Below, one piece after another: positions 49,584 to 61,096 of a stretch of DNA of 64,000 nucleotides. This DNA comes from an uncultured virus (IMG/VR IMGVR_UViG_2541047343_000006). Its lineage: Duplodnaviria > Heunggongvirae > Uroviricota > Caudoviricetes. The stretch is taken from the IMG/VR virus record IMGVR_UViG_2541047343_000006, positions 62,001 through 126,000 of that record. One strand, 5' to 3'. Each line of letters opens with the position of its first letter. Within the stretch, counting starts at the first letter, position 1. The notes beneath the pieces were generated by a model, which made no database searches, was not told where the DNA came from, and saw only the letters and a program-made list of their open reading frames with translations. Both the position numbers and the translations under genes were made by a program.

Positions 49584-52500
49584 ATGGTTGAAGAGTTTAA
49601 AATTAAAACCAGTATTGAGCTTGATGACAAAGATGCTAGAGAAAAAATAGAGAAATTAAAAAATAGTGGTCAAGATAAACCTATTAAATTAAATTTGAAA
49701 ATAGGTGAATTAGATAAGTTATCACAACAAGCAGAGCAATTAAAAGGGATATTCAATAAAGCCTTTAAGATTGATAATACTGCTTTGAGCAACTTAAAGC
49801 AAATTGAATCTACTATGAAAGAAATAAATAAACTAAGTAGAAGAAGTCAAGAGAGCTTACTTGGTGGTGGCTCTGGAAACACAGGAAATATAAATAATGA
49901 ACAGCAAGATTTAATAAGACAATATAAAGAAATCTCAAATGTTGTATCTAGACTTCAAAATCAGATTAGAACAGGTCTAGGAGATAGTTCAATTGAAAGA
50001 ACAACAGAACAAATTGAAAGATTAAAAAGACAATTAGATTCAGTGTATGCACAAATGAATTCATCATCTCAAGCTAGAATGGATATGTTTGATGCTTCAA
50101 GAGCAACAAGAGATTTAGCTGATATGAATAGAAATCTTTCAAGAATAGAAGATATGGCAACACAAGCATCTGCTAGGCTTAATGGATTAGGCGATAATAT
50201 AGATACAGATAAAGTAAATAGACTTAGGAATGAGTTACAAGAATTAAAACAGACAGCTAGTAGAAATATAGATTTAAATCTTGATGTAGGTAATATAGTT
50301 AATAGAATACAAGAGATAAATCAAGAAGTTAGAAATCTAGAAAGAGTTGATAGCTTAAGGTCTAATTTCAGCAGAATAGAAGATTCTATTAGACAGGCAT
50401 TTGGGAATGAGAGAGTTGAAGCTTTTAGACGTTCTTTAGAGCAACTTCAAGGTTCGGCAGGAAATCTAAATGGTGATTTTAACAATATATTTGATAGATT
50501 AACAAGAGAAATGAGAGATGCTAGACAAGAAGCTGAAAGATTAAATAATACAGTTTCAAGAGGTGGAGGATTTTTTAATGATTTCTATTCATCTGTAGCA
50601 TCTTATTCTATTGGAGATATGTTGGGCGATGCTTTGACTGATGGAATTAGGTCTATGAAAGATGTTATATTAGAGCTTGATAGCTCTATGACTGACCTTA
50701 AAAAGGTTGCAGAACCAACAGATATTGATAGTACATCTGAGTTAGATAGAATAAGAGAAAAAGCAATACAAACAGCTAAAGATGTAGGAATGAGTGCATC
50801 ACAAGTTCAAGAATCAATAGCATCTTCTTTACAAGCAGGAATTGGAGGCATGCAAGAAAGTATTGCTGCTGCAAGACAATCAATGATACTTGCCAATGTA
50901 GGTGATATGGATGTTGAAGGTGCATCTTCGGCAGTAAACACAATAATCAATGGATTTAGAATAGAACCACTTAAAGAAATGCAAGTACAAGTCGGGAATA
51001 CAACAAAGAAAACAACAGAATTAACTGCTGCAATGGATATGCTAAATTGTTTGGCGTGTTAGATAGAAATATCTAATATTATGAGGGGGCAAAATCGGTG
51101 AAGACTGAGATGTTACCACCGAGGTAAATTAAAGAATTAAAAGACTTTAATCACCGTAACGCATAGGAAATGAACCTATGCTATTTTTATGTTTAAAATA
51201 GTATAGAATATAATTTTCCCACGAGTGTCCTCCATCTTAACAAGTAATCTTGAAGATGAAAATATATGCTGAACTTACATGAATAAGAAATGTAAGAACT
51301 ACAAGATAAAAAGCTTGTAGGATAACAATTTGAAACTATGCAGGGAATAATTATGCAATTGGAACAGCAGGTGTTGCCGAAGCGATTAATTTTAGTCGCC
51401 TTATATAGTAATATATAATGATAAACTCCTTTAACTGCTGGAAACTCCTGTTAGGCTTTTAGTACTAAGTGTAATAATCTAAAAGATAGGGACAATCAGC
51501 AGCCAAGACTCAATAGAGTAAGGTTCAACGACTAGGTTATAAACCGTACATATCAAGCTATTGGATATGGAAATGGGGAGCATCCTTATAGGATGAAGAT
51601 ATAGTCTCGTCTGTATGGAAACATATAGCAGTTCATAAGAGAACGGATTAAGTGTAGCGAACTTAATTGAAGATAAACGGAAACGTGGAGGTAGTGTACT
51701 TCATGAGTATGGTGTCAGTTTAGGTGACACAGTGGGTATGATAACAGCAACAAATGAAGCGATACAAAATCCAGAAAAAGTAGGTAATGGTTTAAAAAGT
51801 GTCGCAATAAATTTAGCAGGTATGAAAGTTTCAGCTGATGATGGTACACTTTCTTTAAATAAAACCGCAAAAGGTTTAAAGGAAATAGCTGGAATAACTA
51901 TTTATAAAAATAAAGATACTGGTGAATTGAAGAATATGGTTCAACTCTTAGATGAGTTGAAAGGCAAATGGGGAGAACTCAGAGAGGATGAACAAAAAGG
52001 ATTAGCTGAAGCAATAGCAGGTAAGCAACAAGCAGCTATATTCCAATCCTTAATGGGTAATTATGAGACTTTTAAAGAAATAAGAAGTGAATTTTCACAA
52101 GGGTTACAATTTGGTTCGGCTGAGGCTGAAAACAAACAATATTTAGATAGTCTTGCAGGGCGTTTAAATGAGTTGAAAACAATATGGGCAGATATATTCC
52201 AAACTGTATTTAATTCAAATACAACATATGGATTTTTAGATGGTTTAATATCTGTATCTAATGGAATAAATAGTGTTATAAAAACATTAGAAAGATTAAA
52301 ATTAACAACACCAGCATTAATAGGAAGTTTTATGACTTTAAAAACGTTATTCTCTGGTATGGGAATGACAAATGGTACTAGAAATGTGGCTAGACTTATA
52401 AATCCTTTAAATATGATAGGAACTCCTATTAAAGCTACAACTACAATACTACAATCATTTAGACATGCAGTAATGGCAGCAAATGTAGCTGGTGCTAATG

Positions 52501-55500
52501 GAGCAAATGTAATTACTAGAGCAGGAACAGGTTTGGGAGCATTAAGACAAAGTTTATCTAGGACTTCTATTGGTATTGGAACATTAAATATAGCGACAAG
52601 TTTGTTAAACGGGGCTATGATAGGTTTGGCTACTTTTGCTATAACTAAAGGTATACAATGGATAGATGATACTATTCACAAGTATGAAAAATTAGCAGAA
52701 AAACAAAAAGAAGTTATTGGAACTACTACAAGCGAGATAAGCTCCTTGCAACAAAAGAAAAAGAGTTTAGAAGGTATATCAGAAGAGTACAATAATTTAG
52801 CTAGTAAGACCGAAAAGACTGCTGATGAAACTGAAAGATTTAGCGAACTTAAACAACAAATTGCAGATATAGCACCAGAATTAGTATTGGGTGTAGATGA
52901 GAATAATGACCCTATTCTAAATATGAGTGGTAACTTAGATGAGGTCATTAATAAATTAAGAAAGGCTATAGAAGAAAAAAATAAACTTTTAAAGTCTCAA
53001 GAAGATGAACTTGCAATAACTACATCAAAGACTGCACCAGATACAAAAAAAGACCTTGATAAAGAAAAGAAAAAACTTGATAAAGTTCTTGAAGATGAGC
53101 ATAATTTATTTAAAAATGCTTTAAGTAAATCTAATTTTAAAGAACAAACAGAAGCATTAAAAAAGGCTTACAATCAACAAGAAACAGATTTTGCAGAACA
53201 TCATCAAAAACTTCTTACTGAATATGAAAAATATAATGAAGAAGAAGAGGTAATGCAGAAAAGGGCGATTAATAGATTAACTAATTCTGATATATCTAAA
53301 ACATATGCTAAACAATCTGAACAAAAGAAAAGTAAAATGAATGAGCTTGTAGCTAATATGAATTGGCATGACTATAGTGTAGGACAACAGAATAGCATTA
53401 TAAGTGCTTTTGATAAAATAAGTGAGTCAATTCCTGTTGAAAAATTAGACCAGTGGAATAAGAAGATAACTGATGCTAATATAAATTATCAGGCATCCGG
53501 TGATATGAATCAATATACCAAAGAATTACAAGGGTTGGCGAATGAACTTCAAAAGCTAAGTGGTGGAAGTATAAGTGCTGATACTTGGCTTATTGGATTA
53601 CAACAAGGTTTTTCTGGATTAGACTTAGCCAGTATGAAATTACATACTTTCTTGAAAAGTTATGGTTCATCTTTAGCTGAACTTGAAAACAAAGATAGTT
53701 TTGCAATAAAGCTTAAAAACCAATTTGATGCATTAAATGATTTTTCTCAAGATTTAGAAGTTAATGGTAAAGTAAATATAAAACTGCTTGAAGATATACA
53801 AAGTGGAGAAGCTGGTCAAGATTTACCACAACAACTAAAAGATATAATAAATGGATTCACATTTGGAGAAGATTCACAAATAGAAGCTCAGGCTCAATTA
53901 GCCCTACAAGTAACAACTACGTTGCAAAACGAAGGTCAATTATCTAATGATGTTGTTAAACAATTAAATGACTTATTTAAGGGTAAATTACAATTAACAG
54001 ATGACATTCTTAAAAATGGACTAAAAATCAGTGACAAGTTACCTGCATTACCAGGAAATATGGTTCAAGCATTAAATGAGCAATTTGCAAATGCTTTTAC
54101 AGGAGACAATGCCCCTGAAATCACTCCTAGTGTCAATGGAGAAAAAGCTAAAAAAGAATTAAAAGAATTAGAAAAATTCAAAAAAGACACTTTTAAATCA
54201 GATAAAATTGTGACTGAAATTAATAATAAAGGACTAGATTTCGCAAAAAAAGACTTGAGTGTATTAAAAGAACAGTTGGATAGATTTAAAAATGAAGATA
54301 CAAAGTTGTCTTTTACTACAGATTGTGCAGATGCTTTTAAAGATGTAAATTCTTTAGAGGAAGCTAGAAAAAAAATATCTGCTCCAATGAGTCTAAAATA
54401 TGATATAGATGTAGATAAAAAAGGATTGACTGAAGCAAAAAAAGTCTATGATATTTTACCTGATAATCTCAAAAAAAAGATAGAAACAGAAGTAATAGGT
54501 ATAGATAAATTAGACACATTACAAAACTTAATAGATAAAGCTCCAAATAAAAAAGAAACTATATTTGAAATAATCAATAAAAATCCAGATAAACTAAATG
54601 AGATAGATGAAATTCTTAATAATGTTCCAAATGATAAAAAGGAAGCTGTTATTGATTTTATAGTAAACAATTTAGACCAACTTGAAAAAGCTAAAAATGT
54701 ACAAGAATTTATAAACAATTTACCTCCAGAAATAAAAAAACAACTTGGAATAGAAGTTGAAGGAGGAGAAAATGCAGAGAAAACTGTTAATACAGTTCAA
54801 AATGCAGATGGAACTAAAGCTGACCTTTTAGTAAATGCAGAAGTAAATGGAGAATCACAAGTAGTTGAATGCATAGAAACATTAGATAAGAATGGGAATA
54901 AAACATACACTCCTAATTTAAATCCTCAAGTTAATAATAGTGAAAAAGTTGTTCAGTGCATGAGAATATTAGATGAATATGGAAATGAATCTTATATTCC
55001 AATTGTAAGTCCTCAAGTTACCAATGAAGAAGGACTTAACAGTACTAAACAAAAAATGGATGAGTTAGATAATAAAACAGTAACTCCAACTGTACAAATA
55101 AAGACAGAAGGAGAAACTGAAGTTGAACAGGCAACCAATTTTATAGAAAATACAAATCCAACTAAGGTTATTGAGTTATCCATAAACAACTCTGGTAAAG
55201 ATGAAATTGACAATACAAAACAAAAGTTAGATGAACTTAATAATGAAAAAGCCACTCCTACTATTGAAGCTACAGGTGCAGAACAAGCATCTGAACAGTT
55301 AAATCAATTATCACAAAAAGCACAAGAAATTGGGCAAGGTAATTATCATATAAATGTTAGTACTTCAACTGAACAAGGGGCTAAGAATATTTCAGGACTT
55401 ATAGCTAGAGTAAAACAATTCTTAGCTTTGAAAGTATCTACACTTGTATTTAGAACTGAAACTGCACAAGCAGCAAAAAATGTATCAGGTTTGTTAGCCA

Positions 55501-57740
55501 AAGTACAAAGTTATGTTAGCCGATATGGTGGAAAAACTATAAAGACTACATTTAGTGCATTAACTGCAACTGCTGCAAAGAACATATCAGGGCTTATTAG
55601 GAAAATAGAGTCATTTAAATCAAACTATGCAGGAAAAACATTCACTACTACATTTGTAACTAATAAAGTAACCAATAGTTCTGGTGGTGGAGGTGGAGGA
55701 AATAGTTCAGATAAGACCAATAAAACTGAACGTACCTCTGTTACTAATGGAACTCCAATTCCAGCTAATCTATCCCAACCTAGAACATCAGAACCAGCAC
55801 CAATAAGTGACGAAACTCCTGTAACAAAACCATCCTTATTCTCAAGAGCAGTATCAAGAGCCACATCAGCTTTTAAAGTAATCAAACCTAAAGTTACAAT
55901 AAACAATGACACAATAGACTCATCTGTAAAATATAGCATAGAATTATTTAAAGAGTTAGAAAATGCTATATCAGCAGTAACAAATGAAATAGCTCTATTA
56001 GACAAAAAAATGGAACATGCTACAGGTGATGAGAAGATTAAATACTTACAGGAGCAAAATAAATTATTTGCTCAACAAAAAGATTTAATAAAACAACAAC
56101 AAGATGGATATAAAGCTGAAAGTAACAGACTTAAAAATAGATTAAAAGAAAAGAAAATGGGCTTTAAGTTTGATGATACTGGAAATCTAACTAACTATGA
56201 AGAAAAGTTAATATCAATAGAAAAAGAATTAGACAAATTAAATTCAAAGTCTGGTGACAAAGAAAATAAAAAAGATGAATCCAGAAAAAAAGAGTTGGAA
56301 GAAACTAAGAAAGTCCTTGAAGAATATATTAAAGTTACATTTACAGAACTGCCTAAATGTGAGCAAGAATGGGAAGAATACAATAATAAAATTAAAGAAC
56401 ACAATGAGGAATTAAGGAAAGCACAAGAAGAAATGTGGAAACTTAATAAGAATTCCACATGGACTTCTATGTACAAAGATGTAGAGCAAGTAAATAATGA
56501 AATAGCAATGATAGATGTATTACTTAAAAATGCTACAGGTGATGAGCAGATAGAGTTGTTAGAAAAGAAAAAAGAGTTAATGGCCAAGAAGGCTAAAGAA
56601 CTATCTGAAACAACAGCATATCTTCAAGAAACACAAAAAGAGCTACAACAAAAGCTACAAGGCTATGGATTTACATTTAGAGATAATGGCGATATAACTA
56701 ACTTCATTCAACATAAAAATCAACTTAAAAAGAACATGACTGATGAAGAATTTAAAAGAATGGAAGATGCAGCAGAGGGATATTTGGATTTATTAATAAA
56801 TAAAATACCTGATGCTAATAAGGAAATTGCTGAATCTAAGAAAGAAATTGAAGCATTAAATAAAGAAATTCAAGATGCTTATAAAGACCAACTCAAAGAA
56901 GCTCAAAGTCTACAAGAGAAAATTAGAGACATGTATAAAAAAGAACTTGAAGAGAGACTTAAAGAAATAGACAAGGAAACTAAAGCTAAAATTGATTCTC
57001 TTAAAAAGCAACAAGATGCTTACAATGATTCAAGAAAAGAAGCCAAATATAAAGATGATTATGAAGAACAACAAGATGTAATAAGTGATTTAGAAAAACA
57101 AATAGCAATAGCTGAAAGAGATAGTTCTTTAAGTGGTCAGAAGAAACTTAAAGATTTACAAAAACAATTAAAAGAAGAACAGAAGAAATTACAGGATTTA
57201 GTACAAGACCATGTAGACGACCAAGTCAATGATATGTATGATAAGGAGTCTGACAGACTACAAGAAGAAGCAGATAAATTAAAAGAAGAGTTAGAGAAAA
57301 AATACTCAGATGAAAATTTAGTTGATTTAATTAATGAAGCAATCAGTTCTGGTAAATTTGTAGGTCTTGATGGAGAAGTTGAGAAACTTCAAGATGCTAT
57401 CATTGAATACATAAACAAATATGAAGATGGCATGTTGGCAATGGGTTCTGTTACTAAGCAAGAATGGCTTGATACACTAAAAGAAGGTAAAGAGACATTA
57501 GAAGATATTAATGACATATTAGATGAATTAGATTTAAGTAAGTTTGCTATGCCTAATTATAATCCTCCTTCAAATTCTCGTTCAAGAAGTGCATTTCCAA
57601 CATCTTCAGTTAATTTTAATTCACCATTCTTTGTTGTTCAAGGAAATGTAACTAAGGATACTATGAAAGACTTGGAAAAATTTGGTAGAGATTTAGAGAA
57701 TAGAGTATATAGAAAAATAGTAGAAAATATTAAATCATAG
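49584..57740 (+). CDS. Tape measure protein, spliced: join(49584..51043,51333..51386,51680..57740), 2524 aa
   Basis: Removing both introns gives an in-frame MDMLNYAGNNYAIGTAGVAEAMKRGGSVLHEYGVSLGDTVGMITATNEAIQNPEKVGNGLKS, a TP901-type TMP core. Confidence 0.85.
51044..51332 (+). ncRNA. Group I intron 1 (289 nt, no ORF)
   Basis: P1 with U-G at the splice site; P4 TCGGT/ACCGA; P7 GCATA(51161)/TATGC(51265); terminal G. Confidence 0.85.
51387..51679 (+). ncRNA. Group I intron 2 (293 nt, no ORF)
   Basis: P AACTGCTGGAAAC, Q AATCAGCAG, R GTTCAACGACTA, S AAGATATAGTC; P1 GCGAU/GUCGC; terminal G. Confidence 0.9.
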
Positions 57741-57839
57741 ATTATTTATATAGACAAAGGATTTTAAGTAGAAATCCAGATTTCTCTAATAAAATCCAGA
57801 TTTTATTTCAAAAAATAATATGTATATGGTATAATAGTA

Positions 57840-57983
57840 ATATAAATGATATAAATTTATATCATAAAGACATAAAAAAAGAGACTACAACTATTTGTGC
57901 TAGGGTGTCTCTTCATAAATAAGCGAAGTGTTAATTAGAGGAAGAATCACCTGAATTGCCGTTCGGGTGATTCTTAATTTTTT
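57840..57983 (+). ncRNA. Putative type I antitoxin RNA 1
   Basis: TGnTATAAT promoter, then AAGAATCACCTGAA/TTCGGGTGATTCTT terminator, antisense to the toxin 3' end. Confidence 0.6.
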
Positions 57984-58110
57984 GCAACGTTTTCTTAAAC
58001 TCATCTATTTCTTTAAAGAGTCTATTTAAATTCTGAACCAACTTAATCAAACTAATAATTATAGTTGTAAGAAATGTTATTATCGTTAACAAACAAATTA
58101 GATATTTCAT
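57931..58110 (-). CDS. Type I toxin-like peptide, 59 aa (not in the ORF track)
   Basis: MKYLICLLTIITFLTTIIISLIKLVQNLNRLFKEIDEFKKTLQKIKNHPNGNSGDSSSN; GGAGGTG RBS. Confidence 0.7.
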   Translation of the reverse strand: MKYLICLLTIITFLTTIIISLIKLVQNLNRLFKEIDEFKKTLQKIKNHPNGNSGDSSSN

Positions 58111-58371
58111 AATATCATATCACCTCCCCTCTTGATTTGACATGGGAAGGCTTATGTATATGAAGATTCACCCTAATAGTTTTTTTTATGTAGTCTCTAA
58201 AAATATTATACCATAAATTACCAATATGTTAAATTTAATATTATATTGTCTACAATTGTAAAAGAATATTGTGTTCTAAGAAGTTATTCTATTAATAATA
58301 TAGCTTTTTTATTTTTCAATGAAGATAATGACAACATTGACTATTTTGATAATATTGGAGTATAATAGTAA

Positions 58372-58525
58372 TATAAATGATATAAATTTATATCATAGGG
58401 ACATAAAAAAGAGACTACAAACTATTTGCTGTAGGGTGTAGTTCTTAAAGTTAACAATAAAAAGAATAGATTTATGTATTACTTTCAGAATCACTAGACC
58501 CGCCAGTCTGGTGATTCTTTAGTTT
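58372..58525 (+). ncRNA. Putative type I antitoxin RNA 2
   Basis: TTGATA...TATAAT promoter; 5' part nearly identical to RNA 1; AGAATCACTAGAC/GTCTGGTGATTCT terminator. Confidence 0.6.
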
Positions 58526-58633
58526 CCTAATAGATGCTTTCAAGTTTAAGATTGCATCTATTAGCTTTGTCAAATGATTGATTATTCTTGTAATCATAAT
58601 TATCATTATTAAAAACAAAACTAAGTACTCCAT
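58472..58633 (-). CDS. Type I toxin-like peptide, 53 aa (not in the ORF track)
   Basis: MEYLVLFLIMIIMITRIINHLTKLIDAILNLKASIRKLKNHQTGGSSDSESNT; GGGGGTG RBS. Confidence 0.7.
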   Translation of the reverse strand: MEYLVLFLIMIIMITRIINHLTKLIDAILNLKASIRKLKNHQTGGSSDSESNT

Positions 58634-58892
58634 AGTCTCACCCCCTTTCTTACTGGGGATTTTAACTAAAGAGCCATCACCCTAATAGTCTAAACTGTAG
58701 TCTCTAAAAATATTATACCATATTTTTCCATAATGTTAAATTTAATATTATATTGACGACAGGAGTAGAATAAAGATATAATACAGGTAACAGAAAATTT
58801 AAAAATTTTACACAAGAATTACTACTTATCTATGCCACCTTAAACAAGTGGCTTTTTTCATACTCTGGTATCTATTTAAGGAGGTGTTACAA

Positions 58893-59048
58893 ATGATAAA
58901 TAATATAGAAGATTGTAAGCTTCTTATTGAGACAGAAATAAGAATGAAAGGTATAGATGAAAAAGAACTAATATCTCAAAACGAAATTCTGAAAGACCTA
59001 AATATTAATGAAAAAGACCTTGAAGATATTGAAGTGAATTTTGAATAA
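58893..59048 (+). CDS. Small acidic hypothetical protein
   Basis: MINNIEDC after AGGAGG. Confidence 0.55.
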   Translation: MINNIEDCKLLIETEIRMKGIDEKELISQNEILKDLNINEKDLEDIEVNFE

Positions 59049-59379
59049 TGAAATGATTTATAATATACCTATTTAAAACATGTATTAATTGATATCAGTA
59101 ATAGTGATTTTTTATTTATTGAATCTGTTTTACAAAAAACGTATTTATGATATAATAAAAGTAAGGAATTTAATCTACTTAATACAAAGAGTGATTGTTT
59201 CCTTAAAGTTAATTAAAAAATCAATTTATCTTTTGAAACCACTCTTATTGGCGTTTGAGTGTTTTTTGCTTTATCATATATGTAACAAGCTATTAAACTT
59301 GTTGCAATATTTAGATTAATAAAATATTTTAGCTCATCTTAATTGATGGGCTTTTCTAATACAAAGAAGGTGATAAAAT

Positions 59380-61095
59380 ATGCATTTTAATGTGAATCTT
59401 AAACAGATAAAATCTGATTACACATTAACCATTCACAAGATGAACAAATCATTTTTAGGTCAAATTCCAATCAACTTTTTAAACTCGATAAAGCGGGAGC
59501 TTGGTGGAGTAGATGAAATACAACTGACCATTCCAAAATATATTACAGATAGATTTTTATTTAATAAAATAATAAATCCCATTTTTGAAGAAGTAAAAGA
59601 AGAACGTCTTATTTGTCTTAATAATAAAGAGTACTTTGTAATTAAGAATGTTGTAACAACAGATGATAAGTTAAAAGTAGTAACAGCTAAATCTAAAGAA
59701 GTTAAACTAGGAAAAATTGATGTGAATATTGAGGACTATGGATTACAGATGTTTACCAAAGATGAAGAAGCATCTATTATATCTCTTAATGATTATTTAA
59801 AACAAGAGACAGGCTGGAAACTTGGTTATGTGGATGATTCAATTGCTTATGAAACTGATAGTGAAGGTAATAAGAGAGAAAAGGTAAGATGGCAAGAAAG
59901 TATTAATTCTAACTGGTTAGACTATTTTAATAATGAACTAAAAGAACAATTTGAATGTATAGCTGATTTTGATACTTATAATAATTTAGTTAATTTGTAT
60001 CATATAGATAGTTTTGGAGATAACATTCAGTTATATTTATCTCATGATAACTACATAAAATCACTTGAAAGAACTACAAATAGTGATGATATAGTAACTA
60101 GACTGAAGCTTGAAGGTAGTGAAGATATGAATGTAATAGGAGCTACAGTTACAGGATATGATTACATTGAGAATTATTCTTATTTCTTAGACAATAAAGA
60201 AATGAGTGAAGAACTTAGTAGAGCTATAAAGAAATACCAAGAAATGAATGAAATAAGAGAGCCAATTTGGAGAGAACTAATAGATACAAAGCTTAAGAAG
60301 CAAAGAGAACGTGATAGTAAAAGCAACGAATGGCAAATGGTAATAGAGATGATAAGTAAGAAAAAAGATATAAAAAAGACATATGATAATCCACAGCATA
60401 AAGATGAAATAAATTCAGCTAAAATAGCAGTAGAGATAAGTGAACTAGAAGATAAAAAAGTAATATTGGATGTTCAAATAAAACATTTAGAAGAAGAAAT
60501 AGCTAAGTTAAATGAAAGTATAAAAGATATAAATATTCTTTGTAAGAGGGAGACTTCAACTGATGAGGATGGATATTTAATATTTAATGAGGTTCTATTA
60601 GATGAATTAAATGAGTTCCTCTACTATGACACTTATACAAATGATGCTTTTTTAAAAGTTGAAGATTTAATAGCAGAAGGTAAAAGGCAATTAAGTTTGA
60701 AATGTATTCCAACACGAGAATGGACTCTGGATGTTATAAACTTCTTAGATAGAATTATAGATATTAATTTTAGACAACATTGGAAGGGAGATTTAAGTCT
60801 GGGAGATATTATAGTGTTACATAGCAAAGAATCTAAAGAAGAAGAATTAGTATATTTTACATCTTTTACCCAGAATTTAAAAAATGGGAAATTGGATACT
60901 TTAGAATTAACTTTAAGTAATAAAAAAATAAAAGAAGATGACAAAAGAACTATAGCTGATTATTTGACTAAAGCTGAACATGCAACAAGAACATTGAACT
61001 CTAAAAGACATTTATTTATTCAGCAACAGAAGAAAAGAATTAACCTACCAGATGAATATATTCCTAAGAAAAATATACAAAAGGAGCTGATGTAA
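59380..61095 (+). CDS. Tail tip/baseplate hub (prophage tail endopeptidase-like) protein
   Basis: DIVTRLKLEG, YIENYSYF, LSLGDII and LTLSN. Confidence 0.7.
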   Translation: MHFNVNLKQIKSDYTLTIHKMNKSFLGQIPINFLNSIKRELGGVDEIQLTIPKYITDRFLFNKIINPIFEEVKEERLICLNNKEYFVIKNVVTTDDKLKVVTAKSKEVKLGKIDVNIEDYGLQMFTKDEEASIISLNDYLKQETGWKLGYVDDSIAYETDSEGNKREKVRWQESINSNWLDYFNNELKEQFECIADFDTYNNLVNLYHIDSFGDNIQLYLSHDNYIKSLERTTNSDDIVTRLKLEGSEDMNVIGATVTGYDYIENYSYFLDNKEMSEELSRAIKKYQEMNEIREPIWRELIDTKLKKQRERDSKSNEWQMVIEMISKKKDIKKTYDNPQHKDEINSAKIAVEISELEDKKVILDVQIKHLEEEIAKLNESIKDINILCKRETSTDEDGYLIFNEVLLDELNEFLYYDTYTNDAFLKVEDLIAEGKRQLSLKCIPTREWTLDVINFLDRIIDINFRQHWKGDLSLGDIIVLHSKESKEEELVYFTSFTQNLKNGKLDTLELTLSNKKIKEDDKRTIADYLTKAEHATRTLNSKRHLFIQQQKKRINLPDEYIPKKNIQKELM

Positions 61096-61096
61096 A

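Noticed and set aside
51044..51679. Group II intron, IStron or homing endonuclease
   Set aside because: No GUGYG start, domain V, transposase or nuclease ORF; the motifs are group I.
49584..57740. Two separate tail genes or a broken TMP pseudogene
   Set aside because: The gap is fully explained by two group I introns and an in-frame micro-exon.
57772..57803. AAATCCAGATTT direct repeat, two copies
   Set aside because: Only two short copies; no function can be supported.
59089..59319. 76-aa ORF
   Set aside because: No RBS; it overlaps a promoter, terminator and toxin remnant.
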